Source of the DNA: Chrysomallon squamiferum
Taxonomy: Eukaryota; Animalia; Mollusca
Length of the DNA stretch: 64,000 nucleotides
Direction: 5' to 3'
NCBI GenBank assembly: GCA_012295275.1
Contig: CM022671.1
Coordinates: forward strand, 10,354,001 to 10,418,000
The notes beneath the pieces were generated by a model, which had not been told where the DNA came from, made no database searches, and worked only from the letters and a program-made list of their open reading frames with translations. Within the stretch, counting starts at the first letter, position 1, and the number at the start of each line of letters is the position of its first letter. The translations under genes and the position numbers were made by a program. Of this stretch, positions 11,430 to 25,100 are shown in pieces.

Positions 11430-14400
11430 ATCATAGAAATAAGCACACCAGACAAACTTGTACATAACAGTTAAATAATTGTTTTTGTTTGTTTTTTCTT
11501 CTTTATGGTGAAGACTTCACACAGGATGATGCTTTGATAATAATGAAAATAATAATAATATTATCTTTATTAGAACTTCCAATGCAGCAATTCTAAAGGA
11601 AGTAAGAACTGGATAAATAAAATACTCCAAAATCTCATCCAGTACATTATGATTAATGTGATATTCTCTTAAGTTTATTAGTTGTTAGAAATAAGCACAC
11701 CAGACAGTTGTATATTTTCATTAACCTGATTATTTGTGATGTAAAATCAGTTACTTATCATTTAAAAAATTAAAATAAACCTTGGCTTAAAACGTAACTA
11801 AAAACTAGCAGATAAAAGGATAGCCAAACTCTCTTAAGAAGTAGGGCTGGGAGACTGACTTTTGTCTGGACTCTCTCCTTTGACCTTTCCGACATGGTTA
11901 GACCTATCAGGAGCCGATACTCCAGCCGGCATAGCTCTCTGGGTCCTCGAGACTCTCAAGCCACCCCACCACAACAAGGTACCAGTCTCATGAGGGTGGA
12001 TGAATTAGTAGTGATATACATATTTTTAAAAACATTACTTATGGTTAACAGTACAATGTTTAGAAGCACATTTATGTGAATTTTTACCCTGCTGATTCTT
12101 TGACAGAACTTCTAACTTAATCTATTTTAACCAGCACCAATTAAATAAATAGCTTACAATGAGAGAGAAAAGGCTGTCTAGGTATTTTTATATATTATAA
12201 TAATAACTTTATTCAAATTAAATCTAGTCACAATATATCAATATTTAATACATGATCAAAACTTTATTGTAATGTTTTATCTAACATAAAAGTAACAATA
12301 TTAAATTCAATATCTAAAATAATGAAGATGGAATAATCAGAGGAAAGTTATGTCACAGGATGATTTAAATGTAGCACTTGATAATTTTCAGAAATAAGCA
12401 CACCAGAGACAGATGTCTAGCTAGTTACTGATAATGTAACATAAGTAATTTATTTATTTATTTATTTATTCATTGAATTAAGGTTAAATGTGACCTTTGT
12501 CTTTTTTAACCAGCATTAAATGTAAATGAAGATTTAAATGATTTTTAATAAATGTGACAATTGGTGGGAATATATTCAAAAAGGTAAATGGAAACAATAA
12601 AATCCCAGAAAATATGAATGACTAAGATACAGATGCATTAGTTCTGAAGTTAGTTTATATCTTTTAAATTGGTTTAATGTTAAATGTTACGAAAAACCAA
12701 GTACAACTTGTACCTTGTTAAGACACGACACAAACTATGTATTTATAACCAAATTGTTTCATCATTTATATATTATAAAGAAATAAAAAAATAACTATGC
12801 TATAAAAGGGAAAAAAATTAATATTTAGTAATTTTTCTTTTTGTAATAATGGCAGTTTGGTAGCTAAAAAGAGTTATATATAGTGACAATAAACATGAAG
12901 ATCTACATCATTATACCACTAATATTACTTTTTAGTTATTAGAAACAAGCTCATGAGAGTAAGTTGTATATTTTCAATTTTTGATGTATTTATTTATTTT
13001 TTTTTTTTAAATCAAGCTCATTGCTGATGAAACAAACTACTTCGTTATTTGGGATTTTATTTTATTTTATGTGCATCTGCCTAGTAAAATGAATTTATTG
13101 TAGAAATTAAATGAAATAAGCTCACCAGACAAAACTGTACATTTTAGCTTATTATCAGTAACTGGTATGATTAGTCGTATTGAGACATTAAAACCATCAC
13201 TCAGTATCAAGGCACTGGTCTCAATCTGGGTGGATGCAATTACTGTTAACATTTATTATGTCTTTAAAAGAAGTCATGTGGTAATAGTTTTGAAGCAAAT
13301 GCAAATATATTTTAAACACAATATAAACGTTGAGCTGCATGTATCACAGCATGATATTTTGTGTTATTCTTTAATTGATTTATTAATTCATTTGTCTGTT
13401 AAACAGAAAAGCTTTGTAAATCAGGATGTTTATCAAAATATTTTATCATACCATTAAATTATATTACAGAAAAATTTAAATATCTCTCAGGCAGCTACTT
13501 TAATTGATTGATATAATCCCGAAAATTTATAGTTATTACAGTTGAATTTTATCTCTAATACTTGTTACTTATTAGGAATAATCACAGGAGACAGAACTGT
13601 AAATTTGAAATGATGACACCTAGTATTTTAATAAGGTTAATTTAGTAATGTTACTGGATCAAATATAGAATAATTAGAGATAGAGATATTCTTAATTATT
13701 TAAAACATCATAATAAAAAATGAAAACTTGTCCATTTAATTGTTAAAATTATTTACTATTAGTAATACACAAAAGAGAAAAAGACTCCAAGCTCCAAATT
13801 CTACAAAGTGTCTTAAGCAGAAGTTTCCTTTAAGAAGATGTGATTTTAACCAACTGATTTAATTTATTCATTTAAACAAAGGTTTTGTGTTTTATGTTAC
13901 CTAAACTGAATTTTATAAAAAAATAAACATAACATTAAAATTTATTATTTTATGAAAATTTTATTTGTATGTTTTAATACGGTATTTGAAAGTATTGTAG
14001 TAACATCAATCAAAGGATAATATGATGAAAATGACAACAGTTAGGGAATATGTCTATAGAATATAAATCATGTACTACACAGTGATTAGATATATTCACA
14101 TCAGACAAAATTGTGAATTTTAAAGCACTGACATCTACCTGCTATAAAGTGATTATTTTAGTAACAGCAACATTCATTTATTTTGTTTTAATTATCATTT
14201 TTTAACCACTTTAGTATAATAAATATTAAAGAAATGCCTAATTACTGATATTATAATGTGACTATGTTAATGTTAGAAATATTCGTTAATTTGAAACAAA
14301 TGTTTACTTGTTTTATTTTATTTTATTTTGTGTGTGTGAGTGTTTTATCCAATCCAATGCAATAAGTCTTAATTAATCTAGATAATTATTGTTATTGTAA

Positions 14401-17191
14401 CAATTATGGTTATTTTAAGATATATTTGTTAACTGAAAGCATTTTTTTTTTTGTCCAACACAGTAATATCACTATTAAAGTATAGTAGCTACCATAAATT
14501 AAATGTAATAGTGAAAAATTATATGACAACTTAAATAATAAGATGAATGCAATATTTGTCAGTATTAACTTTTTAGTAACTTTAATCAAATGATATTATG
14601 ACAAAAATGAAATATGAAAAAACAAATATATCACAGTAGCATAGAAATCTTAAACTTGTTGGCAATTTGAAATAAGCACATCAGAAAAAGCTGTAAAATT
14701 TAAACAATTAACACCTAGTAACATCTTTTAATATTAAAAAAATATTCATGGAATATATGTATTTTAACCTCTCCAAATCAGTATATATTACATAACCTAG
14801 CTCATTACTGAAATTGTAATATTGTTATTTTAAAATAGGAAATATTAGTTAATTTGAAGCAAATATTATATGGGGAATTTTACCATTCCTATACAATAAT
14901 TATGATTACACAGTTTAGGCATGTAAGATTTCACCAGATAATTATCAGTAATTTAATATGGTTTTTGTCATGAATAAATAAATAAATTAATTAATTAAAA
15001 AAATGCAAAACTGAAATACTAAATTCAGAGATTCGAAAACCATGCCACCATCATCCTATTCACTGGAGGAAAAGTGTCATATTTACAGATTAGGGATGTT
15101 AACTTCTGGCTCTCACCGTTCTATGTGCTTAACAATTAGTGCATCATAGTAAGCACTTAATAAGTAAAATGCTAATACTATAAACATACTTATGTTCTAA
15201 TAGATACTTATCAGACTGAATCTTAATGAGGAGACTGGTTCTGTACCACAGTTAAAAGTGAAAGCTCTACAATGATCTGTCTGCCCCACAGGAGTAATGA
15301 ATTTATTCCAGATTATTCTCTGGTCATTCACTGCTACTGCACAGACCATCATAGAGAAGAAAGAATTGTGCTGTAATTCTCTGGTGATCTGTCTGCCCTA
15401 CAGGAACAATAACATCATTCCAGTTATGTATGGGTCAGTCACTATTCCTGCCCAGATCATCAAAGAATTAAAATATTTAAGTTTACATTACATAACAGTG
15501 CATTGAACAGTTTTTTACATTTTATTATTGTTTCTTTTTTCTTATTATTTTTTATCTAGTGCTTCTTAGATAACAGTGCATTAAAGAGTTTTTTTTTTTA
15601 AATTTTATAATTATTCCTTTTTTCTTCTTTTTTATCTAGTGCTTCTTAGATACCTCTTGTATGAATGCACAAATGAAATTAACTAGCAAGAAATATGAAT
15701 CTATGATTTTGATAGTAGAATTTGATATCAAAATTGAAATTTTAGTAGACATTTTCAAATAAGAACCAGAATTATCAGTAAGTATGACACACATCAATCA
15801 GCAGACAGGAGGGTGGAAACAATCACAATCTAAAATGGATGTTTCAAAAGGTCAGCAAAACACGATAGTCAAGCATCAGAATTATCAGGGATTAGACTAC
15901 ATTCACAGGACTGTTTTATCTAGGGTGGTTACACCATTTATGGGGCACAGCTTTAATGAAATGTGCTTATTTCAAGCAACCAACTCAGCTTTTGTTCAAC
16001 CGTTTTCTTATATAATAGTTTTATCTGTTGAATTTTATAGATCTGATTAGAAACTTCTGATTTTATAAATATAGTATAACAAAATGCAACATTGCTTAAA
16101 AATATCAAAAAGTGTGCATGAGTCTGATCTCATCAATTATTGTTAAAAGAAACTGAGACTATTCTTGGTTTGTGTTGAATGGCCAAACGTAGAATACATT
16201 AAAATAAATGTAACAGTACTTGGTATTTCATCACTGTACATAATTTAAATAATGTCAAGTTAGTTGATCTTTTAAAAAAAACACTAATATTATTTCCTTT
16301 CGTCTAATTTAATCTACATATTATAATTGAGAATTTCAAAAAAGTAACATTTATGCCAGATTTACTTATTACTAGTAACTAACATTACCTCAGTTCAGAT
16401 ACTTTACTACGGTAACCAACAATTTAAACTTAATACAAAGATCTTGCTTTCTTTCTTGTGAGCATTTTTTCATCTTTAATTCTTTATTATATATAAATTT
16501 TAAAGCTCCCAAATAACTAGCTATCTGCTATTCAATTGCTTTTAGTATTTAGTGTTATTACTTTTTATTTTTGTTTGTTTTGTTTTCACTGATGACTGTT
16601 TATGTGTTGGTTTACACGAATTGTTAGTGAACTCCAAACCCTTACTGAAAATATAAATCTAACTCAGATGTATTTATTTCTACTAACTTCACTTCTATTC
16701 ATTTGCTAGATTATAGAAACCAGAACTTGAATACCATAAAGTTTAAATCAGAACTTGTTTTTATTCAGTAACCTAACTTCTTTTCAGTTACATTACAACC
16801 ATTATCAGTAATTATTATTTTATATAATAAATCTGCTGATCTGTCTCCTGCCCAGATTGTCTGAGAATTAAAATGTTTTAACTGTTAGTTCACATTATAT
16901 TAAATATGCTTTTATTGTTTACTAAATGCTTATTAAATATCTGTTCCCTGAGGACTGAAATTATTTAGAAACTATTGCAACCATTACCAGTAAAAGTGTA
17001 CCCAGAATTTAACCTCTTCACTACCAAGTGTTTATCTAATGCAAACATATGTTAAAAGTAGATGATATCCAGGTTTTAGTATAATTAATTACACTTTACA
17101 AAATGTTACTGCATGAAATATAGAATAATTACTGATATATATCCTTAAGTATTTAGCTCATGAACAATAAAAAAAATTCTAATTCTAATTC

Positions 17192-17223
<32 letters not shown>

Positions 17224-17430
17224 CTAATAATAATATATCTTTGAAAAGTAAACATGACATTAAAATTTACTACGTTGTAAAAAGTTTAATTTTAAATGCA
17301 ATATTTATAAGTATTCTAGCTAACATTAAGTAAATGATAATATGATGAAAAAAGTAATTATATCGCCATAGAATATAAATTTTATACCTGTCAGGGATTA
17401 GAAAAAAGCACATCAGACAAAGTTGTAAAT
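11430..17430 (+). repeat. Ancient diverged repeat array with conserved core GAAATAAGCACAYCAGACA
   Basis: Core copies start at 11436, 11688, 12391, 12942, 13113, 13575, 14089, 14669 and 17401. The flanks of the 14089, 14669 and 17401 copies are weakly homologous. Confidence 0.75.
11840..12002 (-). mobile_element. Isolated 5' end/5'UTR of an RTE-clade LINE (or RTE-derived SINE)
   Basis: GC-rich island. The minus strand reads ACCTTGTTGTGGTGGGGTGGCTTGAGAG...GAGAGCTATGCCGGCTGGAG...CCATGTCGGAAAGGTCAAAGGAGAGAGTCCAGAC, resembling the conserved 5' leader of RTE/BovB-type elements (recognised from memory, not searched). Confidence 0.65.
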
Positions 17431-18690
17431 TTTAATGTTAATTTATTTTCTTGTTTGAAACAGATTTTTAAACTGACAATGATTTCCCTTTTCATTTGTA
17501 ATTTTTTTTTTGTATTGCTGCTTTAAATGATAATGATAAGAATGAAACTTAAAAAATATTGAAAATGTTACTAAATTACCCCATATTAAATAAAGTATAT
17601 ATATATGATTATTTAAGGTTTACTTTCTGTTTTAATGTGTAATGACTTAAAGGGATATGTAGACCATAATCCCCAACTGTTTTGGTTTTACAGCACTTGG
17701 CTGGTCAACCAGCATATTGACGCATGACAGTTCAAAACTTATAATGTTTGTTTTCTTACAAATGAAAATATAATGAGCATACTGCAGCTTTCTCAAGAAG
17801 ATTTTATTGATAAAAAAAAAAAAAAACATATCACCGTTATGCTCCCCATTGGTGGAAGTGTCATATTTACACACTAGGCATATCAGATTATGGATGTAAC
17901 CCTTGTATCTGTTTATCAATTAGTGCAGCATAGTAAGTGCTTGATAAGTAAAACGTTTATGTGATAAATTTAATTTTTAAAGATACCTATCATTCTGAAT
18001 CTAAATCGATAAATTGAAATAAAATGAGAAGTGAAAGCTCTCCAATGATCTGTCTGCCCCACAGGAGTAATGAATGTATTCCAGATTATTCACTGGTCAT
18101 TCACTGCTACTGCACAGACCATCACAGAGTAGAAAGACTTGTGCTGTTAGGCAAGAGAAATAGACAAAAGATTTTTCAAAGTTATTATTATTAGATATCT
18201 CATGATCTGTCTGCCCTACAGGAAAAATGACACCATTCCAGTTATCTACTGGTCAGTCACTATTCCTGACCAGATCATCAAAGAATTAAAATATTTTAAG
18301 TTTACATTACATTAGAGTGCATTAAACAGTTTTTGTTTTAAAATTTATTATTATTCCTTTTGTTTTTCCTTATCTAGTGCTTCTTAAATACCTCTTGCAT
18401 GGATGTGCAAGCAAAATTAACTACCAAGAAATATAAAGCTATAATTTTAATTGTACAATTTGTTAACTTACTGAAATTTTAGTAGACATTTTCAAAGAAT
18501 TGGAATTATCAGTAAATATGACACTCATCAATGAACAGACAGGAAGGTGGTGACAATCCCTATCTAAAATGGATGTCAGCAAACAGGATAGTCATGCGTC
18601 AGAATATCAGGAATGAGACTGCATTACCAGGACTGTTTCTACCTAGGATGGATTATCAACTACAGGGCACAGTTTGGGCAATGATATTGG
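15040..18690. repeat. Direct segmental duplication, ~15040-15950 vs ~17830-18690, each with internal TGATCTGTCTGCCC(C/T)ACAGGA repeats
   Basis: Long near-identical stretches, e.g. AAGTGAAAGCTCT.CAATGATCTGTCTGCCCCACAGGAGTAATGAAT at ~15256 and ~18029. Confidence 0.9.
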
Positions 18691-19029
18691 AATGCCTTAA
18701 ACCTGCTGCAAAAATGGACACCACCCATCTACTGTTTTTTCTAAACAATTTTTAGTTTTCATTTTTTGTTTTAAGCAATGATTACAGAAATGAATTAAAA
18801 AAAAGAAAAAAAAAAAAAAAGAAATAAAAAGAAATTAAAAAAAGAAAACAACATTTTATGGAAAACATAAATTCCCCACTATGCTTTTATGACTGTAAAG
18901 TTTCCCATGAAGTTATATCAATAAGTTCCAAAGTGTTTATTTCACATTTCGTTTATCTCTGTAGCTGTGTTACATCTATTCAGCTGTTTATTTCAGCTAC
19001 CAATGTAAGAGCTTAAATAACAGAACATT

Positions 19030-19991
19030 TAAATCAGATGTGCTTATTTCTAATAACTAACTCAATTTATATTCAGTAGTTTTACTATAATTATTACTAT
19101 TAACCATCAACTTCAATATTAAATACAAGGAAAAGAAAAGAAGTAAAAATAGATGCATTTGTTCCACAATATCCTAGACTGTTCAGTGGAAGCATTTTCA
19201 ATAGATTTCCAAAACTAACATTTAAATGATGCAATGGTTAGTAAGCTTTTTTTGAAGAAACTAATGCTATTTCTTTTCATTTATTTTCATAAATATCTGA
19301 GAATATCAAAATGGTAAAATTTATATCAGATGTGCTTGTTTCTTTTAACTAACATTACCTCTGTTCAGTTATTTTATTAAAGTAACCAACAAATGAATGA
19401 AATCTGAATGAAAATGTACTTGTTTGCAAAAATATAAATGAAGCCTATGTGTTTAAATTTTTAAATTCTTATTTATTTATTTATTATAATACTTCTAAAT
19501 ATACAAGCTGTCTTCTGTTTAGTTGTTTATTTTGGACTAATATCAAAAGAGCGGTCTCTGGGTTTATACAATCCTCAGTTTAAATCAGATGTGCTTATTT
19601 CCAGTAATCTGATCAACTTCTATTCAACTGTTTAATTATATAATAATTTTAATAAAATTTATGCCAGCTATAAAAAATTCTAACAGTACTTAGCATTTCA
19701 TCACTGTACACAATTTAAATAATGTAATGTCTGGTGAGCTTCTTTAAAGCAGTTAATGTTATTTCTTTTTATTTGTCTTTTTTTTTTGTCCAAATGTTAT
19801 AAATATCCACCCATTAAGAATATCAATCTGGTTAAATTTATATCAGGTGTACTTATTTCTTTTAACTAACATTACCTCAGTCCAGTTAGTTTATTAAAGT
19901 ATCCAACAACTGAATTCAGTCGACTAAAATGTATTTGTTTCTAACACTATCCATCATGCGTATGTGTTTAAATTTTAAAAATTATTTTAAT

Positions 19992-20022
<31 letters not shown>

Positions 20023-20024
20023 TT

Positions 20025-20075
<51 letters not shown>

Positions 20076-21040
20076 TTTGTTTATTTATTTATTTATTATA
20101 TAATGTATCTAAATAAACAAGCTGTCTTCTCTTTGGCTGCTTATTTCTCTGATTTTATATAATACACTTTAAATCAAATGTGCTTATTTCCAGTAACCAG
20201 CCCACTTCTATTCTACTCTTTTCTTACATAATTTTAGTAAAATGTATGTTAGGTGTACTTATTTCTAGTAACTAGGATCACCTCTGTTCAGTTGTTTTGT
20301 TGGAGTTGCCAACAACAGAATTATATAATGTTTCTAAATAATCAATCTGTCTTCTCCTTAGTTGCTTATTTATGATTTCTATCAGAAAAACTGTCTCTGA
20401 TTTTATATAATACACTTTAAATCAAATGTGCTTATTTCCAGTAACCAGCCCAACTTCTATTCTACTCTGCTGTTATATAAGAATTTTAGTACAATTTATA
20501 TCAGGTGTACTTATTTCTTTTAACTAACATTACCTTTGTCCAGTTCTTTTATTAAAGTATCCAAATGTATTTGTTTCTAACAATATCCATCATGCCTATG
20601 TGTTTAAATTTTAAACTTTATTTATTTATTTATTTATTATATAATGTATCTAAATAAACAAGCTGTCTTCTCTTTAGTTGCTTATTTATGAATTATATGA
20701 GAACAGCTGTCTCTGATTTTATATAATACAGTTTAAATCAAATGTGCTTATTTCCAGTAACCAGCCCAACTTCTATTCAACTCTTTTCTTACATAATTTT
20801 AGTAAAATGTATGTTAGGTGTACTTATTTCTAGTAACTAGGATCGCCTCTGTTCAGTTGTTTTGTATGAGTTGCCAACAACAGAATTATATAATGTTTCT
20901 GAATAATCAAGCTGTCTTCTCATTAGTTTCTTATTTATGATTTCTATCAGAACAGCTGTCTGATTTTATATAATACACAGTTTAAATCAAATGTGCTTAT
21001 TTCCAGTAACCAGCCCAACTTCTATTCTACTTTTTTCTAC
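19030..21040 (-). repeat. Higher-order tandem array of the same core in inverted orientation (alternating A/B monomers, ~565-bp higher-order period)
   Basis: TCARRTGTRCTTATTTC-type cores at 19034, 19326, 19585, 19843, 20174, 20249, 20422, 20501, 20738, 20814 and 20987. Offsets: 20174->20738, 20249->20814 and 20422->20987 are all 564-565 bp. Confidence 0.85.
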
Positions 21041-21492
21041 ATATACGAGTTTCCCCCGAAATAAAAAGAAAAAGGAAAAAGAAAAGAAAAAATAGGACCC
21101 AAAAGTACCATGAAAATAAATCTATCCCACCAGTAAAACTGAAATAAACATCAACATGTTTGTATAAGTTATTATTTTGTTATTACATCCATATTTAAAA
21201 TGTGTGGACTGTTCCTAATTTAGGTTTCTTCCTCTGGAATATGTTTATTTAAATTAGAAGTGTGAAATCATTGTATTTACTCTGTCAATCAAAACGTTAT
21301 CTGACTTGTTTTTAATTGTGCAGAACAACTAGCCTGCTTCACATGATCCCTGCTGTTAAAGTGAAAAGTTTCTCCCCACCATTATACAAATGACAATATT
21401 TCAAATAAAAGTATACAAGACCAAATAGTACTAGCACTCTTTAGACTAGACAGACAGGCAGTTCCACGCCAATGTGTATTTTTTATTTAGAT

Positions 21493-21499
<7 letters not shown>

Positions 21500-21568
<69 letters not shown>
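21500..21568. repeat. (GA)n microsatellite
   Basis: Direct read. Confidence 0.95.
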
Positions 21569-21571
<3 letters not shown>

Positions 21572-21899
21572 TTTAACACCTACTTTCTACAAGTTACCAT
21601 GATCAACATATTTGTACTGTACATATTCAGTACAGCACACAATGTTAGGCAAAAACTTGAAAAAGAACAAAATAATTTGAAATGCTTTGATTGAAGTAAA
21701 ATAAAATATATAATTTACAAATGCAAATATTCTTCTTTGTTTAATGGTTACTTTTGTTTTTTTCTTCTTGTTTTAACTTATTATTCATTTTCTCTTTTGT
21801 TTCTAAAAATGACTAATTTTACAAACATCACTAAGAAAGACACTGAATGAATTAATGAGCTGTCCAACAAAATACAGGATACATGATTTTTCTTTAGTA

Positions 21900-22170
21900 G
21901 TTATATCAGAGAGAAGAAACTCTGTACTGCTAGATTAATCAGAGAAAACATATATGACTGAACATGATGAAAACAAGCAGACAAGTGCATGGCACAGGAG
22001 TTGAACACAGTACAACCTGTGGATATTGCATATGACCACATAAAACCATAAGAAGGGAAAAGGTTTAGATGAAGGCCAACAAGAGGAATGGAATATGAAG
22101 GAATGGACTGGACAAGGACTGGAAAGGTATTGGCTGCACGAAGACAAAAGAAAAAGATTTTCAAACAATA
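21900..22170 (+). mobile_element. Decayed 3' coding end of an RTE-type LINE
   Basis: EGKRFR*RPT followed by shifted-frame KEWTGQGL resembles the RTE C-terminal GKRxRGRP...W...KEWTG motif. Confidence 0.45.
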
Positions 22171-25100
22171 TGCTGAAGCTTTTTTCTCAACAATGGGAGC
22201 CTATGGCAGTGCAATGATACTGATGAAACAGCAAGAAATATTTTAAATGGATCTTTCACAGACAGAAAACCATGTATTACAATTTTGGGAACACCTCTAG
22301 ATGACCCCTTGTTCTAAATGGAAATACTCTGTTCCTTTCAAAAGAAAACTGATCTTAACACAATTTTGAGCTTGACTCATTAAATACAACAACTGTGACA
22401 GGAATTCAGTAATGTTCAGATACATGTTATTTATCTTTTGAAATTATAGCTAATTTACAGTGAAAGAGGAATTTAAAAATCCTCGTTTTAACATTAACAG
22501 TTGGCTAGTTTTGTCACACAGCAGACAGGATTGTTTCATAATAACTCTTTACAACAAGAGCAAAGAACAAGCCATGGCCTTTGATGAAACAAACAAGGGC
22601 CACTGGCTGGAATGGGGAAATACCAAATGTTTAAACCCATGTGCAAGAAGTAGCAAAGGATAAATATCTATTAGTTCTAATAAAATATAAAAATGATGAA
22701 ATCAAATAAGAGGAAATCAGACAATAGTTTGAGTCTTGGGGGAAACTAACCCTAGAAAAAGCATCTGTTTTCCTTGCTACATGTCAAATTTTCTACTTCT
22801 TAATTCTAGCAATCAAGAAGAAAGAGACAAAATGTTCTCAAAGAAAACTGTGGCAGTTTAACTTCAGACTCTAAAGTTGTTGTTTTCTGAGTGAAAACAA
22901 ACCAACCTCATTTTTTTCATAAAGATTCACTTATATTCTTTAAGATGTTTTTCAATATTGTTTCTATTGAAAAAGAGACCTTATCTTAGTATTATCTTGA
23001 TGTCTAATGTACTGCCATTGTAATTTTTTTCATAAATGCAATGCATGTGTGCGTTTTGTGTGTTTGTTTTTTAATTTAAGTGTTACATTTTCTTTTCATG
23101 ATAATTTTAAAAAGTAAAAAAAAAATATAAGTAAATTTACACTACAAGGATTGTGTAAAAGAAATATTGGGAACAACAGAAGTTTTCTCCATTACTGGTT
23201 GTCACTTTTACTTGAATGTGCTTATGATACATAAGTGGATACTAATGTAACATTTTATGTGTTCATACAAATTTATAACACTTTAAAGACACTTTTACCT
23301 GAGATATTACAGATAATCTTAATGTATACATGGAGGTGTGGAAAAAAATACCACATTGAAATAATTTTTGAAAAGAACTACTGATTTAAATACTTTTTTT
23401 TTTCTTCAAAAAACATAAAGTCGGCAATAAAATAACACAATACATTTATCTATTGTACTATATGTATATCTTATTTGATACTGATTTTCTTTTCTCTTTC
23501 AAAATTGAGGTCTATTAATCTTATAATAAAACTATAATTTTAAGTACACATATAGTAATTCTAAACAAAATAATAATGATAATAATAGTAATAATAATAG
23601 TAATAATAATAATAATAGCAATAATAACAATAGTACTAGTAGTAGTAGTAAACAAATAACTATATTAAACTAAAATGTTATTAAATTCATAACAGAAAAA
23701 AGAAAGAAAAAATGATGAATGTAAATAATAATAATAATAATAATTACAATAATAATGATAATGATAAAAATAATAATAATAATAGTAGTAGTAGTAGTAA
23801 ATAAATAAAGAAATTAAACTAAAATATTTTTAAGTTCATAACAGAAAAAAGGAAGAAAAATATTATAAATTTAAAGAATAATAATATTAATAATAATAAC
23901 AATAATAAAAAAATAAATAAGTAAATAAAAAAAGAAATTTTAAAAATAATGAAGTAAATTAAAGATTTTTAAAATCTATGTCAGAGAAAAAGAAAGAAAA
24001 AATAATAAATATTAGAATCAAAATTATAAATTGAAAAAAAAAAAAAAAAATACAACAACACACTTTAACCAATCAAAAGAAAAAAAAAAAAAAAAAAGTA
24101 TTTAGAACTTTTTTAAACACAGCAATAAATGAAACTTCATTTGACTGATGAAAATACTAACACATTTGATACTAGGAATGCTAATTCTAACATTACACTA
24201 GCAATGTAGGTAAAATACAGCAATTCAGAAATTATCTCGACTTACTAATAACTGTGGCTTGCTCATTATTGCTTTGTTCACTTCCGTTCAAGCTTCCATT
24301 TATAATGTTTTTTTCTTCTTTTTTTTCTACTGTTTTCTATCTTTTCTTCCTTATTTTAAGTTTGATTTCTATATTTTCACTATTTTCACAAATCTGGAGG
24401 AAGTTTGCCTCATCAATTCCTGTAATCAAAAAAATATATGTACATGTTACTATTCATGATTAAGAAGTTAGCAATAATAAATCAAAAATTGTTTTAATTT
24501 GTGAAACAAACACAATTTTAAATATCAGTATATATTTATGGATGATGAGGAAAAACGATATTGGGGGTTTTTCAGTTTATTTTCCTGTTGTTTATTTGTT
24601 TCTTTCTTTTTTCTTAATTGATGAGATTTATATAATTGTTATAAAAATTTAGATTTTCTTAAAGAAATATTTATAGAACATATCTGTTTTATGCAAAATG
24701 AAACTGTTTATACAATTTTACAAATTGTACTATTTCAAGAAATAAAATAGTTTTTTTATTACTTACTGTTCATACAAGCCACAGTAATTATATGCACATG
24801 TGTTGTTTGTGCAGGTATTTTGTAGACAGCATCTGTTTCCTGCTTTGCTTCTGCTTTATATTCGTTTTGAAGCTTCATAATCTGTAAAATAAAATAAAAA
24901 TAAACAATAATAAATGATTATTAATTTTAGATATCTTTAATGTTAAAACACTTTTCACATATTTTATCAATTCAAAAAACTACTTTATTTTTATGAAAGA
25001 ATTTAAAGCCATGTGCAGTTCTAAGCATCCAGTCAACAGTCTTGTATAATAACATTATGCACGACTGACAGACCAACAGGCATGAAACCGTATCTCCAAA

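Noticed and set aside
11436-17420. Microexon array at the AG|AAATAAGCACACCAGA boxes
   Set aside because: Some copies have an AG and a downstream GT, but lengths and phases are inconsistent and several lack the AG or a polypyrimidine tract.
17826-17950. Merlin/IS1595-like transposase motif (GSVIFT..AY) or L2/MIR-like tail (CATAGTAAG..CTT.ATAA)
   Set aside because: The matches are too short and degenerate to support either call.
19929-20162. Hydrophobic FIYL-repeat ORFs (also 36765-37016, 52060-52275, 8425-8622)
   Set aside because: Translations of (TTTA)n, (TAA)n and (TG)n microsatellites.
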